This document shows, piece after piece, positions 48,001 through 60,765 of a stretch of DNA of 64,000 bases. Position numbers and translations under genes: made by a program. Below the pieces are notes generated by a model. That model did not search any database and was not told where the DNA came from. It was given only the letters and a program-made list of their open reading frames with translations. The DNA is from Chromera velia (taxonomy: Eukaryota), in the NCBI GenBank assembly GCA_018398765.1, contig JAHBMJ010000488.1, forward strand, positions 62,001 through 126,000, given 5' to 3'. How positions within the stretch are numbered: position 1 is the first letter of the stretch; every line of letters begins with the position of its first letter.

Positions 48001-51000
48001 GTTTTCTCTCCTCTTTGCGTTTCCCACTCCTTCCATGTCTTGCCCGCACTCCGCAACACTCCTAAAAAAGTCTTCTCTTTTCATTTGCATTCATTTATTG
48101 CACCCACACCGGCATGAATGTGTCTCTCTCTTGCTTGAATCTGGGTGTTGCAGAAGTGCGACGAGATCGAGACAGCCAAGAGAGGAGTCGAGAGGGTTCT
48201 GCAGGAGGCACAGAAGGTCAGGCAGCCTGGCAGCAGTCGGTGTGTGTGGCCGGCCGATCTTCGGGCCTCTCTGTCTATGTATGTCCCTTGGACGATTGAA
48301 GGTATCTGTTGTGTTGGTTGACATTTCTATTTCCGTTTCTCTCCTTCTAGGAGGTCCTCTCTTTTGGATGGGTTCTAGCATCATTCGAATGTTTCTTTCT
48401 GCGTACCCTCATTCAACTCACTGCATGGGCGCTGCTTTCCTTCTTTGGTTTGTCTACAGGAACTGATCCACGTGAAGACCGACAACGCCGCTGCAGCACA
48501 GCAGTCCAAGCAGGTTAGGGGGGGAGGCTCCCGCCGTCATTCGGTCCTTTTCTCTTTCCCTTCCGTTTCTGCTGCTGCTATGTTTACTTCCTTCTCTACT
48601 GCTTTGCCCAGAAATGGTCTGCGCTCCACCCCACACCCCCACAGACAAACAGACAGACACACACACACACACACACACACATACAGATGCACGAAGGAAG
48701 GAAACAGGGACACGGCTCAAATTGTTCCGTCTCCGTCTGTCTCGTTCATTGGGTTGTTGATAGGGCGGATGGTCGGTGTGCGTGTGTGTGTTCGCAAAGG
48801 TGTATGCAATTCTGATTGTACCTGTGTGTGTGTGTGTGTGTATTTTCATTAAGATGTATACAATTCTGATTGTACTTGTGAATATGTGTGCAGGCCGTGC
48901 GCTTCCTGAACGACGAGAGAAAGCAGCTCGAGAACAGGGTGCAGTTCCTCGAAGAGGTCAGTCACTATTCTTCTTCTTTGTGTGTCTGTCAGTCTGCCTG
49001 AATATACTTTGCTTCCTATCGGTAGAAGTTTTCCCCTGTGTGTCTCCCTGTCCCCCCCCCCCCCCCCCCNNNNNNNNNNNNNNNCCCCCCCCCTTTCCTT
49101 CCTCTGTCTGAATGTGCGCACGTGCGTGTTTCCAAAGTGTGAGTCTAGCTCACGTAAGAAAACGAGCGCGTCATTTCGGTCTTCGGATGTCTAAATGACA
49201 GACACAAAGACACCAAATGTCCCGCCCCTCTCTCCCTCTTTCTCTTTCTCTTTCTGCCTCTTCCTTCAGGATCTGGCCACGGAGAAGGAGGCGAGAGAGA
49301 AGCTGGTGGACAAGTGCGAAACACTGAACAAGGTCTGTCTGTCGGTGTGACCGTCTTTCTCTTTGTTTGCAAATACCTGTTTTGCTTCCTGTACCGTTTT
49401 TCTTTTTTTGCGTTGTCTTCTGCAGTCCTGTAATTCACCCATTCACTCGCTCTTTGCACCCCTTTTTCTATGTCTGCTCTCCTCCCGTCTCTGTCTCTCT
49501 CTGTCTCTTGTCCCTCTGGATCCCCCCCCCCCTGCGTTTCCCTCCCTGTTTCGCTGTCTTGTTTTCTGCGTACGCCTTAGAGTATTGTTCTTTCCTGCCT
49601 GTGCACTCATTTATGTATTCATTCATTCATTCATTCATTTGTGCGCGCAGTCTCTCCAGTCGAGAGCTCCGGTGTCGGTGGAAGACCACGCAAAGATGGC
49701 AGAGGTCGGTGGAAGGGGGGAAAGCGGGAGGGGAGGGGAGAAGAGAAGGGGTGACATTATGGAAGAATCGAAAAGCTTATCACGAGGAGGATTTCAATGC
49801 CCTCCCTGTCTGCTAAAGCCACCCACCAAGCCAAACGCCTGCCTAACCGTCGAATTTCATTTGTCCATCTATTTTTATATCTCGATTCTGATCGTTTTCT
49901 CTGTTTTGTCTGTCTACCTCTGTCGAAGAACAACAAAGACTTTCTGTCTGTCTGCCTGACTTGCACTTCTGCAGGAACTCGACCGGCTGAAGACAGAGCG
50001 CGACTCTCTCAGAGGAGACATCGGACTCTACAGAAAGGTGGGTCAGTTCATCCCGGGGTGAGGAGAGCTCAGAAGTCTTTGCAGTGCAACGTTGATTCTT
50101 CCCATTTTTGTCTATCTGCCCTGGCTTTTTCGTCTTCCCCAGTGACAGGCGCACTCTGGATCAACTCCTCGAGCAGTCTTGTTTCTTCTTTCTGGCTTCT
50201 ATTTCCCTTCGGACAGTGAAGCCCGCATTTCACAGTTTCAACGATTCTCACGAAACAGTTCTTCCCTCCCCCCCCGGTGTGTGGTGGCTGCTGCCTGGTG
50301 TTCTGCAGGAGACGGGAGACTACAAAGTTCGCATTGCAGAGCTCACGGGAACCTCCAGCCGTCTCCAGAGGGTCGGTTTCTGTTTTTCTTTTCTTTGGGT
50401 TTTCAGAGGGTTGATTGGTTCGCTTGTTGGTTGATAGATTCACGGGTGGGTATTTGCTATTTCGTCGCCGTCTCTCTGCATTGGCTGTTTGTTTCCCCCC
50501 TCAGCTTTCTTTTCGTGTCTACCGGCGTCTTTTGCTCTCTTCTTTCTTGTGAATACTTCCTTCCTGCTTACTCTTGTTCTCTTTGCTCTGCCCACCCTTC
50601 GAGAAATGAATTTTCCAAAAGCAGGGGAGGAGGAAGTCAAAAAGGAACGAGGAAGTACATGCAGGGGGAACGAATGAGCAAATGGACATTTCGACACTGG
50701 GATGAGTGAGCGACAAAATGACTGACTTAAAGATTGAATGAATGAATGAATAAATGAACGAATGAATGTATGGATGACTCAATGAATAGACGAGTGAGTG
50801 AGTGAGTGAGTGAGTGCAGGACTGCGACCTTCTCCAGAAGTCCATGAGTTCCTTCAGAGAGGTGGCCACCAAGTCAAAGGAGAAGGTGGCGGCCCTCGAG
50901 AGTGAGTGCGAACAGCTGCGAAAGGAGAAGGAGCAAGCTGAGGAGGTCAGCAGTGCTCACTGTCTCGTTCTGTTCGTCGTCACTGTCTCTTTGTGGCCGG

Positions 51001-52284
51001 GAGGCCCTCTGTTTCCATACCTCACCCTGGCTTGACGTCTGTAAGCTCCGTGATGATCGTAGAGCTACCTTCTTCCCACGGGACTTCGAGGAAATCCACT
51101 GAGTGTGCCCTATTTTTATCACTCCCGTCTGCCCTGGTTGCTCATTTTTGTTGGCCTGCATCCCTGCCTGCCTGCCTACTCGTCTGTCTGCAGGCCCTGA
51201 AAGAAGTCGAGAGTGAGAAGACCCGCCTTCTCGAATTGAACAACGGCCTCCGAAAGGTGAGGAGAGGAGAGGGTGCACACACACAAACACACGCACTTGC
51301 TTCAGTGGAATGAGGAGAGGAGAGAGGGAAGAAAGGGAATTGCGTGCCTTCCTGTCTTGCTCTCATTGCTCTCCTTCCTTCTTGGGTGTCCTGTCTACAC
51401 TCCGTTCCCTCAAATGTGACTGCACGGAGGAAGCCAAAGACTTCTTTCTGTAACAGTCCAGAAAGATGCATGCGTGAGAACCTTTGTATGAAGTGCATGC
51501 ACCGTTCGATTTTGTCCCCATGTGACCCCCTAGCTCTCTCTCTCTATCAACAGCTCAAAGTTCCAACACGACTTCCCTACCTCTTCTTCTTCGCTCTCTC
51601 CTTACCTGCCTATCTATCTATTCTACAGGATCTCTGCGGATTCCGCGACCGTCTTGACAACTTGGAGCGACAGATCAAGAGCGTCAGTCAGGCAGGCAGG
51701 CAGGCAGGGAGTGAGAGGGGGGGAGGGTACGGGGGAAACTTCTTTTGTGGGTGTACAGTAGCAAGACTGACTCTGGGAACCGCGTGTATTCAAACCAATT
51801 ATTCTGGTGCGAGAGGGCTGTCAGCAGGAAAAGAGCGAGGAAGGAAAGGGATTGGAAGACAGAAAGCATGGAGTTGAAAAGAGTGAAGAAGATTTGAAAG
51901 GGAAAAAGCCAGGCAATTTGGTTGTTGCAACATCATACCTCCTTCTGCCTCTCTCTGTCGTTCCCTTATTTCCTCACCTCTCTCTTTCCCCCCCGTTCTC
52001 TCTCTTGCAGAGTCTCACCCCTCCATCCCCCGACGCGGCGGCACCCTCTTCTTCTTCTTCTACCTCTTCCTCTTCCTCCAAGGAGGCCCCCTCCTCCCTT
52101 CCCCTCTCGGCCGCACAGACCCAAAAGATCACCGACGTCATCAAAAACAGGGGACACAAGGTGCTCTCCTCAGACGCTCCCTCTTCCTCATCCTCATCAG
52201 ACTCCGACCGTGCGAGTCACCAGGCCTCCTGGCAGCACAACTGGAGAGTTTTGGCAGGGGACAAGAAAGCAAAGTTCCACCCTG

Positions 52285-52319
<35 letters not shown>

Positions 52320-53713
52320 GCAGCCGCAAAGACGCGTGAACCTTCGCCGTCTGCGAAGACGCCCGTGAAGGTAGGTGAGTGGGTGTGAGGATTCGATTCT
52401 TCTGTTCTTTTTGTGGTGATGGCCAGAGGTGAAGGCAGAGAGAATGAATGCGTTGTCTCATCTGCATCTCCAGTCGAGAGGGGGGGAGAGAGAACAAAGA
52501 GAGGGAGAACCCCCCTTCAGCTTTGCTGAGACCTGATGAGTCGTTGATGTCTGTCTCTCTTGTTCTCCAAAACTGTCGATTTTCAACAGAACCAGAAAGA
52601 CGTACAGACAGAAAATCTCGGTATTGACTCTCTGGGGTCTTCTTTGCGTCTCTTTATGCTTCGCTTCATGCCAGGATTGCGTTTTCTTCTCTTCCCTTTT
52701 TTCCCTTTCTTTTTCTGTTTTTCTCTCTTCGTGTGTGAGTGTCTCTCTCTGCAGCCCTCTGAGACCTTCCTTCGTCGTCTGTCTCTGTACGGAGACCTCA
52801 GACGTCCCGAGTCCCTCAGCAACGAAGACGCATGGGCCATGATGGTGGATGCGGGTGAGAACGGGAGCGTTGAAGAGCTGCAGTGGCTGAGTGAGACGAG
52901 TGGATTCTCGAGATTCAGGGGCTTCTCTCGTTTCCCTAGAGGGGTCGAGGGGTCTTCTTCGTCTTCCGGGGTTGAAGAGGAGAAGGAGAAAGACGGAGAA
53001 AAGAGAGCACTGAACGCCCTCTTGATCGGGGCCGCGCAGGGCAACAGGGTAGACAACCTTCGTTGGGCTCTCGAGAGGGGTGCACGTGTGTCGTCTTTGG
53101 GTTTGATGTTGATGATCTTGGCGTCTATGCGGGGGCACTTCGGGGTGATCCACTTCTGCCACAAAACGGCCGGCATCAACTGGTACCCCCAGTGTGCGGA
53201 GTATGCAGCCAAGAGGGGACACCTCGAGCTCCTCAAGGTGAGTCAGTGGGTTTTTTTTTTTCCTCTTCCTTTTTTGTTTTTATCTTCACTCCCTTTTTCC
53301 TTTCTTTCTTCCGTGCGTGCACCCGTTCGTTCCTTTCTTCTTGGCTCTCTTTTAGGTTTTCTGAAAGGGCGCGGGCAGGTCTTTTGGAGTTATTTTTGCT
53401 CTACTGTCGATCTTTCTTCACGTCTTTCAGCGTTTCGTGTACGGAGATCCTACAAGACGAACTTTGACCAAGCCCAAATGGGGGCATGCAATATAGGCGC
53501 GCTCTCCTCGTTGCGACATCGATCCTTTTTTTTTCCCTTGCTCGCTTTGTGTAACGCGTCTCTCTGCAGACCCTGAGAGCGAACGGCTACGAGCTCCGTT
53601 TGGATTCGCTTCGTCAGGCAGCGCTCCAAGAAGCAGAGAAGAAGGAGAGAGCGTCAGAGAAGTCGGCCCAGGAGTCCGTTGTGCAGTGGGTGGACAGCCT
53701 CCAGCAGAATTAA
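45036..53713 (+). CDS. Large coiled-coil protein with possible mitochondrial presequence and C-terminal degenerate ankyrin-like repeats, ~18-20 exons
   Basis: Exons 45036-45106, 45277-45304 and 45657-46085 give MKTAEIGRALCTGNLLPVRRATLGYAAARLARDFSQ... Many short heptad-rich exons follow at 46402-51682, then an S/Q-rich exon ~52011-52370, then 52755-53237 (GAAQGNRVDNLRWALERGA...EYAAKRGHLELLK) and a last exon 53570-53713 (TLRANGY...QQN*). It could be two genes. Confidence 0.7.
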
Positions 53714-56700
53714 ATCAAAGCAATCATTTGACGATATCATGTATGAAAGACAGTGCTGAAGCAACGGCACGATTATTCTAATTGAATGAGAAGGATGGGA
53801 TTGTTTGAGAGAGACTGTTCTCTCTTCTCTTTTCTGCTGGGAGGGAAGGGGAGGGAAAAGGGTTCAAATGGTTCGTTCGTTTGTATCTCTCCTTTCTCCC
53901 GTTCCTCCCTCCCTTCTATCTTATGCTTGTTTGCGTGTCTGTCCATGCCGTCATTCCTTCATGTCCGTCCGTCTGTCCGTGCTTTGACTGTTTGTCATAG
54001 GTTCTTGAAGGTGGAGAGGGCTTATAGGAGGGCGTTGGGTGTGCAGGTTGAAAGAAAGAAAGATTGGCGGTCCGTCACGGTGCAAAGCTTCGGCGCCTGT
54101 GCAGATTGAGGTGTGTGGTTGAAAGGAGAGAGAAGGGGAAACTCTCGATACGTGCAACAACTAGTTGCACAATGCCGGAAAGAAGAGAAAAACTTCGGGT
54201 CTTTCACGTGTGTGTGTGTGTGTGTGTGTGTGTCAGTCAACACAAAAGAAGCTAGTAACAAATTCTTAGTGCTCTCTTTCTCTTTCTCTTTCCCTTTTGT
54301 GGGTTGGGGAGGGTAGAGGGAAACGGTGGCGATTTGTCCCTTCCTTCCCTTTCTTCTCTTCTCCAGCCAGGGCTCTTTCCTTTCTGTGATGGTGACGATG
54401 CAGATCGAGGGAGAAGCGAGAGAGAGAGAAAGCAAGAAAGAAAGAAAGGTACAGAGAAGTGGAGAGAAAAGAAAGTCCAGTTGGAACCCTGACTCCTTCC
54501 CTCACGCCTCCGTCCCCCTCACGAATTATTTCGTTCCTTCAACAATTATACTTCCACTCCTTGCGTTGCCAACTTCCTTCAATCGTTCGTTCCCTACCTC
54601 TCCCTCTCTTCTGTAAGTAAAATCGTGCGTGTCCGTGAGTTTGCCTGTGTGTCTGCATAACTGTAAGTGTCCACTGTGCGCGTAGGAAGAAGGAAGAGGT
54701 CGATGCAAAGAGAGAAGAAGAGCTCAACGGAGCCCCACTGCAGCCGTACCGAGGCGTGTGTCCTTGTTGTCCCTCTGTTAATTGTTTGTGTGTACAAGAG
54801 AGAGAAAGAGAAAGTGAGCAGGTTTGTGTTTGTCTACCAGACCTACTTCTAGAAAAAGCTGGCGCCACGATGTACAAGTAAGTGAGTCAAAGGTTGGAGC
54901 GTTCTCGCTCGCTTATGGCTGTCTGTTTGGCACTTCGGTCGGTTAGTTGAGCATAGATCTGTCTGTCTAACCTACAGCCGTCCCATGGGTTTCTTGGGAG
55001 GAGGCATTTTGGCTTGATGCGGTGGCATTGCACGGCTGACACGTTTGTGTGTCATCGTGCTTTGCCGACAGTCTCTCTCTGTCTCTGTCGGGTCGGCTGC
55101 TTGCAGAGAAGGGAAGGATGGAGCAGAGACGAGTAGGCAGGCAAAAGTGATTTGGGGAGTGAAGGTAAGAAGACTGGAGTCCCCCTGTAATGCCGAAAGT
55201 AACTAAAGGAGAAGAAAGGATGCTCGAAAGAATAACTAAATAACTAAATATTAAATAACGAGGAAGGGCGTGTTGAGGAGGTGAGAACAAGCAGAGGAAG
55301 AAAGCTCCAAAAGAGAAGAGAGACGCACAGCAAGGGAAAAGAAGAGCAAGAGAATAACTTCCTCCCTGCCTGTCTGCCTGCCTGTCGGTGTTGTCCTCTT
55401 TGAGACACACGAAAAAGAGAAAAGAACCAACAAGAAAAAAGACATCAGCAGGCAGAGAGACTGACAAGGGGAGAGAAGGCTCTCTCTCTCTCCACACCCC
55501 CTCCTCATCGATGCCTGACCAGACGATAGAGCGGAAGTTTGAGGAGGAAGAAGAGGGAAGAAGGAAAAGAAGAGAGGGCGTGCGAGAAAAGGAAGGAAGG
55601 AAGGAAGAAAGGAAGGCGGGAATGAGGGAAGGAAGGAAAGAACGAGCAAACAACTCAGAGAAAAGCCGAAACAAAAAGGAATGAAATAAATGGAGGCCCG
55701 CAGGTGGGTGTTAGAGATATGCTGGACATCCCTTCCCCTCCAGAACGTCTCGTTAGTTAACTTTCTGTCCGTCTGTCCAGATTTATTTCCCTGCTTCCTT
55801 TCCTTCCTTCCTTCTTCCGCATCGTCCTTTCTTTCTGTCCTTTGAGCCTTCTCTTCTTTTCTTTCTTTTCTCTTCATTCTCTTTTCTGTGAAGTCCCGCG
55901 GGACCTGTACTCATACAAACAAAGCCGTTAATGCATTCACGTGGTGTGTTGCGTGGACAGAGTGAGTGGTGAAGTGGATGCAACTAGAGAGAGAGAACAG
56001 ACGGACAGTAGAGAGCATGTGTGCCAGAGGGAATAACACAGACGCTCAGAGAAGACCAGAAGGGAACGAAAAGCGGGAATTAAGAAAGCCTCTTCCAGGA
56101 AGAGGGAGAAAGGGAGAGGGGTTGCCGATGCCCCCCTTCCCTTCCAACGACTCACTCACTTATTCATTCTCTCTCTCTCACACACACACACACGGACACA
56201 CAGAATTGTGAGAGAGGAAGGGCGCCTCTCTTCTCGTTCCCCTTTGTCCTCTCCCCCCTCAAGCTCGGCTTTATGAAAAATTCGGAAGAAAGGGAGAGGG
56301 GAAGTGCTGGAGGAGAGGTGAAGGTGAGCGTCCTGGAAACAAGGACGGACGGTGCGTGCTCTCTGTCTGTGTTCCCTCTACCTTTCGTCTGTCAGTCTGT
56401 CTGTCTGTCTGCATTGAAGGGTGAGGGATAGCGACAAGAGAAGGTGGGTGGGAAGGATGTAGTGAAGGAAAGGGTTTTTTTCAAATCGAGAGAGCCTCCT
56501 TCGTTCACTTCTTCCTTCCTTGCAAGAGTGGAAGAAAGGAGGTTATACGTGTGCAGAGAGACAGAGAGAGATTCGAAGGAAGGGAGTGCTAGCTGGCTGG
56601 ATGAAAGGAAATCGTTTGTTTTCTTTCTTTCGGGGCGACTTGCAGGTTTGCACTCCTTGAGGTGTCCAGTGTGAAGGGGAGCTCCTCCCAAAACACAACA

Positions 56701-58950
56701 GACACAAAGACAGAGAGAGACACAATGAGCCCTCTTTGTACCATCCACTCAGTCACCTACTTGCCCTGTGTTTGACACGACATGATGTGGCGTGATTGGC
56801 TTTTGGCTGTTTCTTCTCTCTCTCTCTCTTTCTTAGAGCTCTCTATCTCTCTTTTTCATTGTACTTCTAGTTCAGCTTGCTGCAAGAAGGTGTTTTGTGT
56901 CCATTTGTGTGTGCATGTACGTGCCTTTGTGTATCCGTGTGTGTCCGAGTGTTTGTGTCTGACTCAAGAGACAGACAGACCGTCGGTGTGTTAGAAAGAA
57001 AGAAAGAAACCAATCCGGAATTCGGGGTGTGTCTGTCTCCTTTCGAATTTGCCTTCCTTCTTCCTCTGTCCCTTCTAGAAGTCCTCTCTCTTTGCCTCTA
57101 TCTCTCTCTTTCTCTTCTCTTTCTCTGTCTGTCGTTTCGCCTCCATGCAGGCGAAATGGTCTGTTTGGTCTGCCACGAATTTGAATTTGCTCAAATCAGT
57201 CAATCAATCAATGCGTGAAGGCGGGGGTGGGTTGACGAAGTAAATAATGGAGGGTTGACGGTCCTTTCGAGGGTGCGTGGTCGCATGAAGGAAGCCCTGC
57301 CTGTCCGGCAAAGGTATCCATCCATCCATCCATCCAGCTGGCCGCCTCCATGCATCCAGCCGACTGACCAGTGAGAGAAAGGGAGGAAGGAGACAGAGGG
57401 GGGAAAGGACAGGCAGATGGAAAGGAAGGAAGGAAATAAGGACATGCAGCGTCGCGATCGGTGGTCATCCGATATGATCTGTTCGAAGAGGACGATGAGA
57501 GAGAACGAGGAGGAGAGAGAGCGTGCTCCTGCCTGCCTGCCTGTCTGTCTGTTCCTGGCTCTTCGATTTTGATCAATCGATCCATTCCTCCAACCATCCA
57601 AGGGGTGTTTCTTTTCCTTTTCTTCCTCCCTTTCACGGACATCAGCTTGCTTCCCTTTCTCTCCTTCGAACGAAGAAAAGAGAAGAGAGCGCGCCTGACA
57701 CCAGTCCTGCCTTCCTGCCTGCTTGACTGTTTGTCTTACTTGAGAACAAGTTTTGATCGAGTGAAAGGGTCCCTCCCTCCCTCCCTCCCGAAAACGTGGC
57801 ACTGGCAGACAGTGAAAAGAAGGAGGGAGAGACGGATTTTCGCTGTTTTGACTTGACACACTCGGAGATGAAAAGAAACGGAGGAAAGTGTGGAGGGTAA
57901 TGATTCATCCGAAGGAAGAGAAGAGAAGAAGAAGAAGAAGAAGGAGGAGGAGGAGGAGACAGATTGTCATTCTGCACTTCCCCCATGCGCCTGCCTGCAT
58001 TTGAAAACGTCCATCCATACATCCATGCAGCAGTCAGTCTGGCAGTCAGTCCAGGCCGGAACAGAAGAGCCGCAAGAAGAAAGGAAGGAAGGATGCGTTC
58101 TTGCATTGATGGAGTCTTCTGTCTCTCTCATGACCTCGAGGTTGCCTTGCAGCAAGAGAAAGAATACAGGAGTATTCCCCTCTGCTTTCCGCCTCTCTCT
58201 TGTCTGCGACTGGAAGAGGAGAAAAGGTACAAGAAAAAGAATGGCCTGAGGAAGAGGGAAAACATTAGAAGAGAAAATAGAATGGAGAGGAGAGGAGACA
58301 CCGGGGTGTGGTTCTCCCTTCCTTTTCCGCCGGAGGCTCCACCTTCGTCCCTCGATCTCTGTGTGTGTGTCCCTTTCTCAACTGATTTGTGGAGAGACGC
58401 AGGTCCGTCCGAAAAGCGAGAGAGAGCAAGAAGCTGGGGCGGGCAGCTGACTGGCTGGGTGGTTGGGTGGGTGTGCAGAGAGTAGAATGAAAATCTTCCT
58501 TCCTTTCATTCTCTCGCTTGTGCAAAGAACGCAAACGGCTGAAGGTGAACTGAAGGTGGAGCTGAGGCTGATCGAGTCCTTGCATGAAGGACATTGCAGG
58601 TAGGTCGCTTGCTCGATCGAGCAGTCGCTTTAATTGTAAATGGACTCGGATGATTCGGCCCTCTCTTCTCAATTCGATCTTGTCTACTTTCTACCACAGT
58701 CAGCGTTGGAGCAGGCAGGCAGGCGCAGGCAGCAGCTACAGGGATCGGACCCCAGATGAAACCCCGCGAAAGATGAATTAGATGATTGATTAACCCCTAG
58801 ATTAACCCTTAACTGTAGCAGTATTCTGCAGCTACACAAATGTATTACTTCTTTCAGCTAGGCTTTCAGTTTGCACTGCTCTTAACCTAAATTCGAGCTC
58901 TACTTAATCTTATAGCACGCAGCTAATTCATGTATAACTAAGCGTTAGCT

Positions 58951-59192
58951 CTAGGCGACGCACAGTGAAAAAAAAAAAGAGAAAAAAAATCTTGAGAAGC
59001 CTAATCTTTTTTATTTTTATTTTTTATTAGAAGTGCCAAATATATAACAAAAACACATCTAACTACAAAACCTACCTTTACTAAGTTTGCTTGGACCTTT
59101 GATCACCAGACTAAAAAAAAAAAAGAAAGAAAAAAAAAATCTTGACATGCATGTCTATTCTTTTTTTTTTTTTACCACTGTGCATCGCCTAG
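58951..59192. mobile_element. MITE (non-autonomous DNA transposon), 242 bp, with 8-bp TSD
   Basis: TIRs CTAGGCGACGCACAGTG (58951-58967) and CACTGTGCATCGCCTAG (59176-59192), 1 mismatch, extended inward by poly-A/poly-T. TSD CGTTAGCT at 58943-58950 and 59193-59200. AT-rich interior. Confidence 0.85.
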
Positions 59193-59901
59193 CGTTAGCT
59201 ATGTATAAAAAAAGAAAAAAAAACCAATTAAAAAAGCTTTTAAATTATATTTTTTTACTGTTTTTCCCAGTCAAACAATTAACTCTTCTTTGAGTGTTGC
59301 ACAAGTATTATTCATGTGTTGCGCAACTGTTCTTAAGTGTTGTTGATCGAGGAACTATAAATTTAAATAATTCTATAATAGTTCAAAAAAGAAAAAAAAA
59401 TTCTCTGGTTACTCTCATAAATGCTTAATTTAAATACTTTTATTTTTTTCTCCTTCTAGTTCCCCTTCTTTTAATAGCTGACACCTATAGATATATATAA
59501 CTAGTACCAATTTAATTAACTAATCAATCCAATCTATATACCAATCTCTAGATACCATATAGTACCATACAGCAAAATAAAATATTAATAATGGTATACA
59601 CGACTTTTGTTAAGTCAGTAAGAAAGCAACTATATGAAGGGGTTTAAAGAGGTTTTTGATTTTGATCGTACATTAATTAATTGTGATGCGAATAATAATG
59701 AATCGACGATCGTGCCTTTTCTGGTTAAAATTAAAGGAAACGTAATATGTAAAGCACGTCACATACAAAGGTATGCAAAGCCTCAGGCCATGTGCGTACA
59801 AGTTACAACAAATGAGTTGATTGAAAACGGCCTGGAAGAGATTCCAGGTGGGCCACGGCCCACGGGATGTGGTCTAAGCCTCAACAATGGGGCACACACC
59901 C

Positions 59902-60012
59902 CTGCCGTTTGCAGGGACGACCTCTACAACATAAAACGGCGACAACCTAGCCTGAGCTGAATGCTAGCGACACTGCTGAAAGGCACCAATAAATCACTTA
60001 TCACTTATCACT
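59902..60012 (+). mobile_element. Probable 3' tail of a non-LTR retroelement, copy B
   Basis: CTGCCGTTTGCAGGGACGACCTCTACAA...AAAGGCACCAATAAA(TCACTTA)2TCACT; homologous to 16208-16292. Confidence 0.55.
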
Positions 60013-60765
60013 AACGTACTTATATAAGCTTCGGGTAATAACCTCGATCTGTACATCCATATCTAGATCTATGTACTATCCCTCTTAAAATTATATATTG
60101 AACGTTAAGTCCATCTTTCTATACCCCCGTCAGATATAAAAATACAACATCCTAGACAAAATCATGTACAGTATGATCAAATCAGATCGATTGTAATTTG
60201 TAAAAGAAATTTATTTTATGCCAGTTTATGAGTCTATGTTTCTCGTATTCGTTGCCAAATAGTTGGGTAAAGTAGCTGTGCATATAATAGTTTGCTTGAG
60301 ATTTTCTCATTCCTACTATCCACCGACTGATGTATTCATATGTATTCCACTCCATGCTGACAGCTCCTCAACGGAGCGCTAGTGCCAGAGCATGGAGGGA
60401 GAGACAAGGCAATGGCTAGCGATAGATAGAGAGAGGAGACGCAAGGTGAATGAAGTCATAGAAAGGAAATAAGGCCCGGCCAGGGACTGCACCATAAGCG
60501 CCGGTTGCAGTGCAGTCTCCCATCCTGCATAGCAGGAACCTACAGCTACATACTGTCTGTCTGTCGCGTCTGTGATCAGCTTACTAGGCAGAGCTCACAA
60601 CAGAGATGCAGCAGGCTGACACTCATCGATCAATATTTGTTCAGGCGTGCCGGGACGTTGCGTGACGGAATGGTGGGCGCGTCGTGCTCCATATGCGTCC
60701 GTATATAGGCCTGCTGCGGGGCGGTGTGCGCCGCCCGTGCCTCTTTGTGCCCGATCGTGCGTGCG

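Noticed and set aside
48800..48880. ~27-bp duplication (TGTAT(G/A)CAATTCTGATTGTAC) near an acceptor, as a possible extra hairpin-element copy
   Set aside because: The spacer is mostly (TG)n and lacks the GAATTCTGTA core; not assignable to the family.
58790..58812. Telomere-like TAACCC motifs
   Set aside because: Only two imperfect units.
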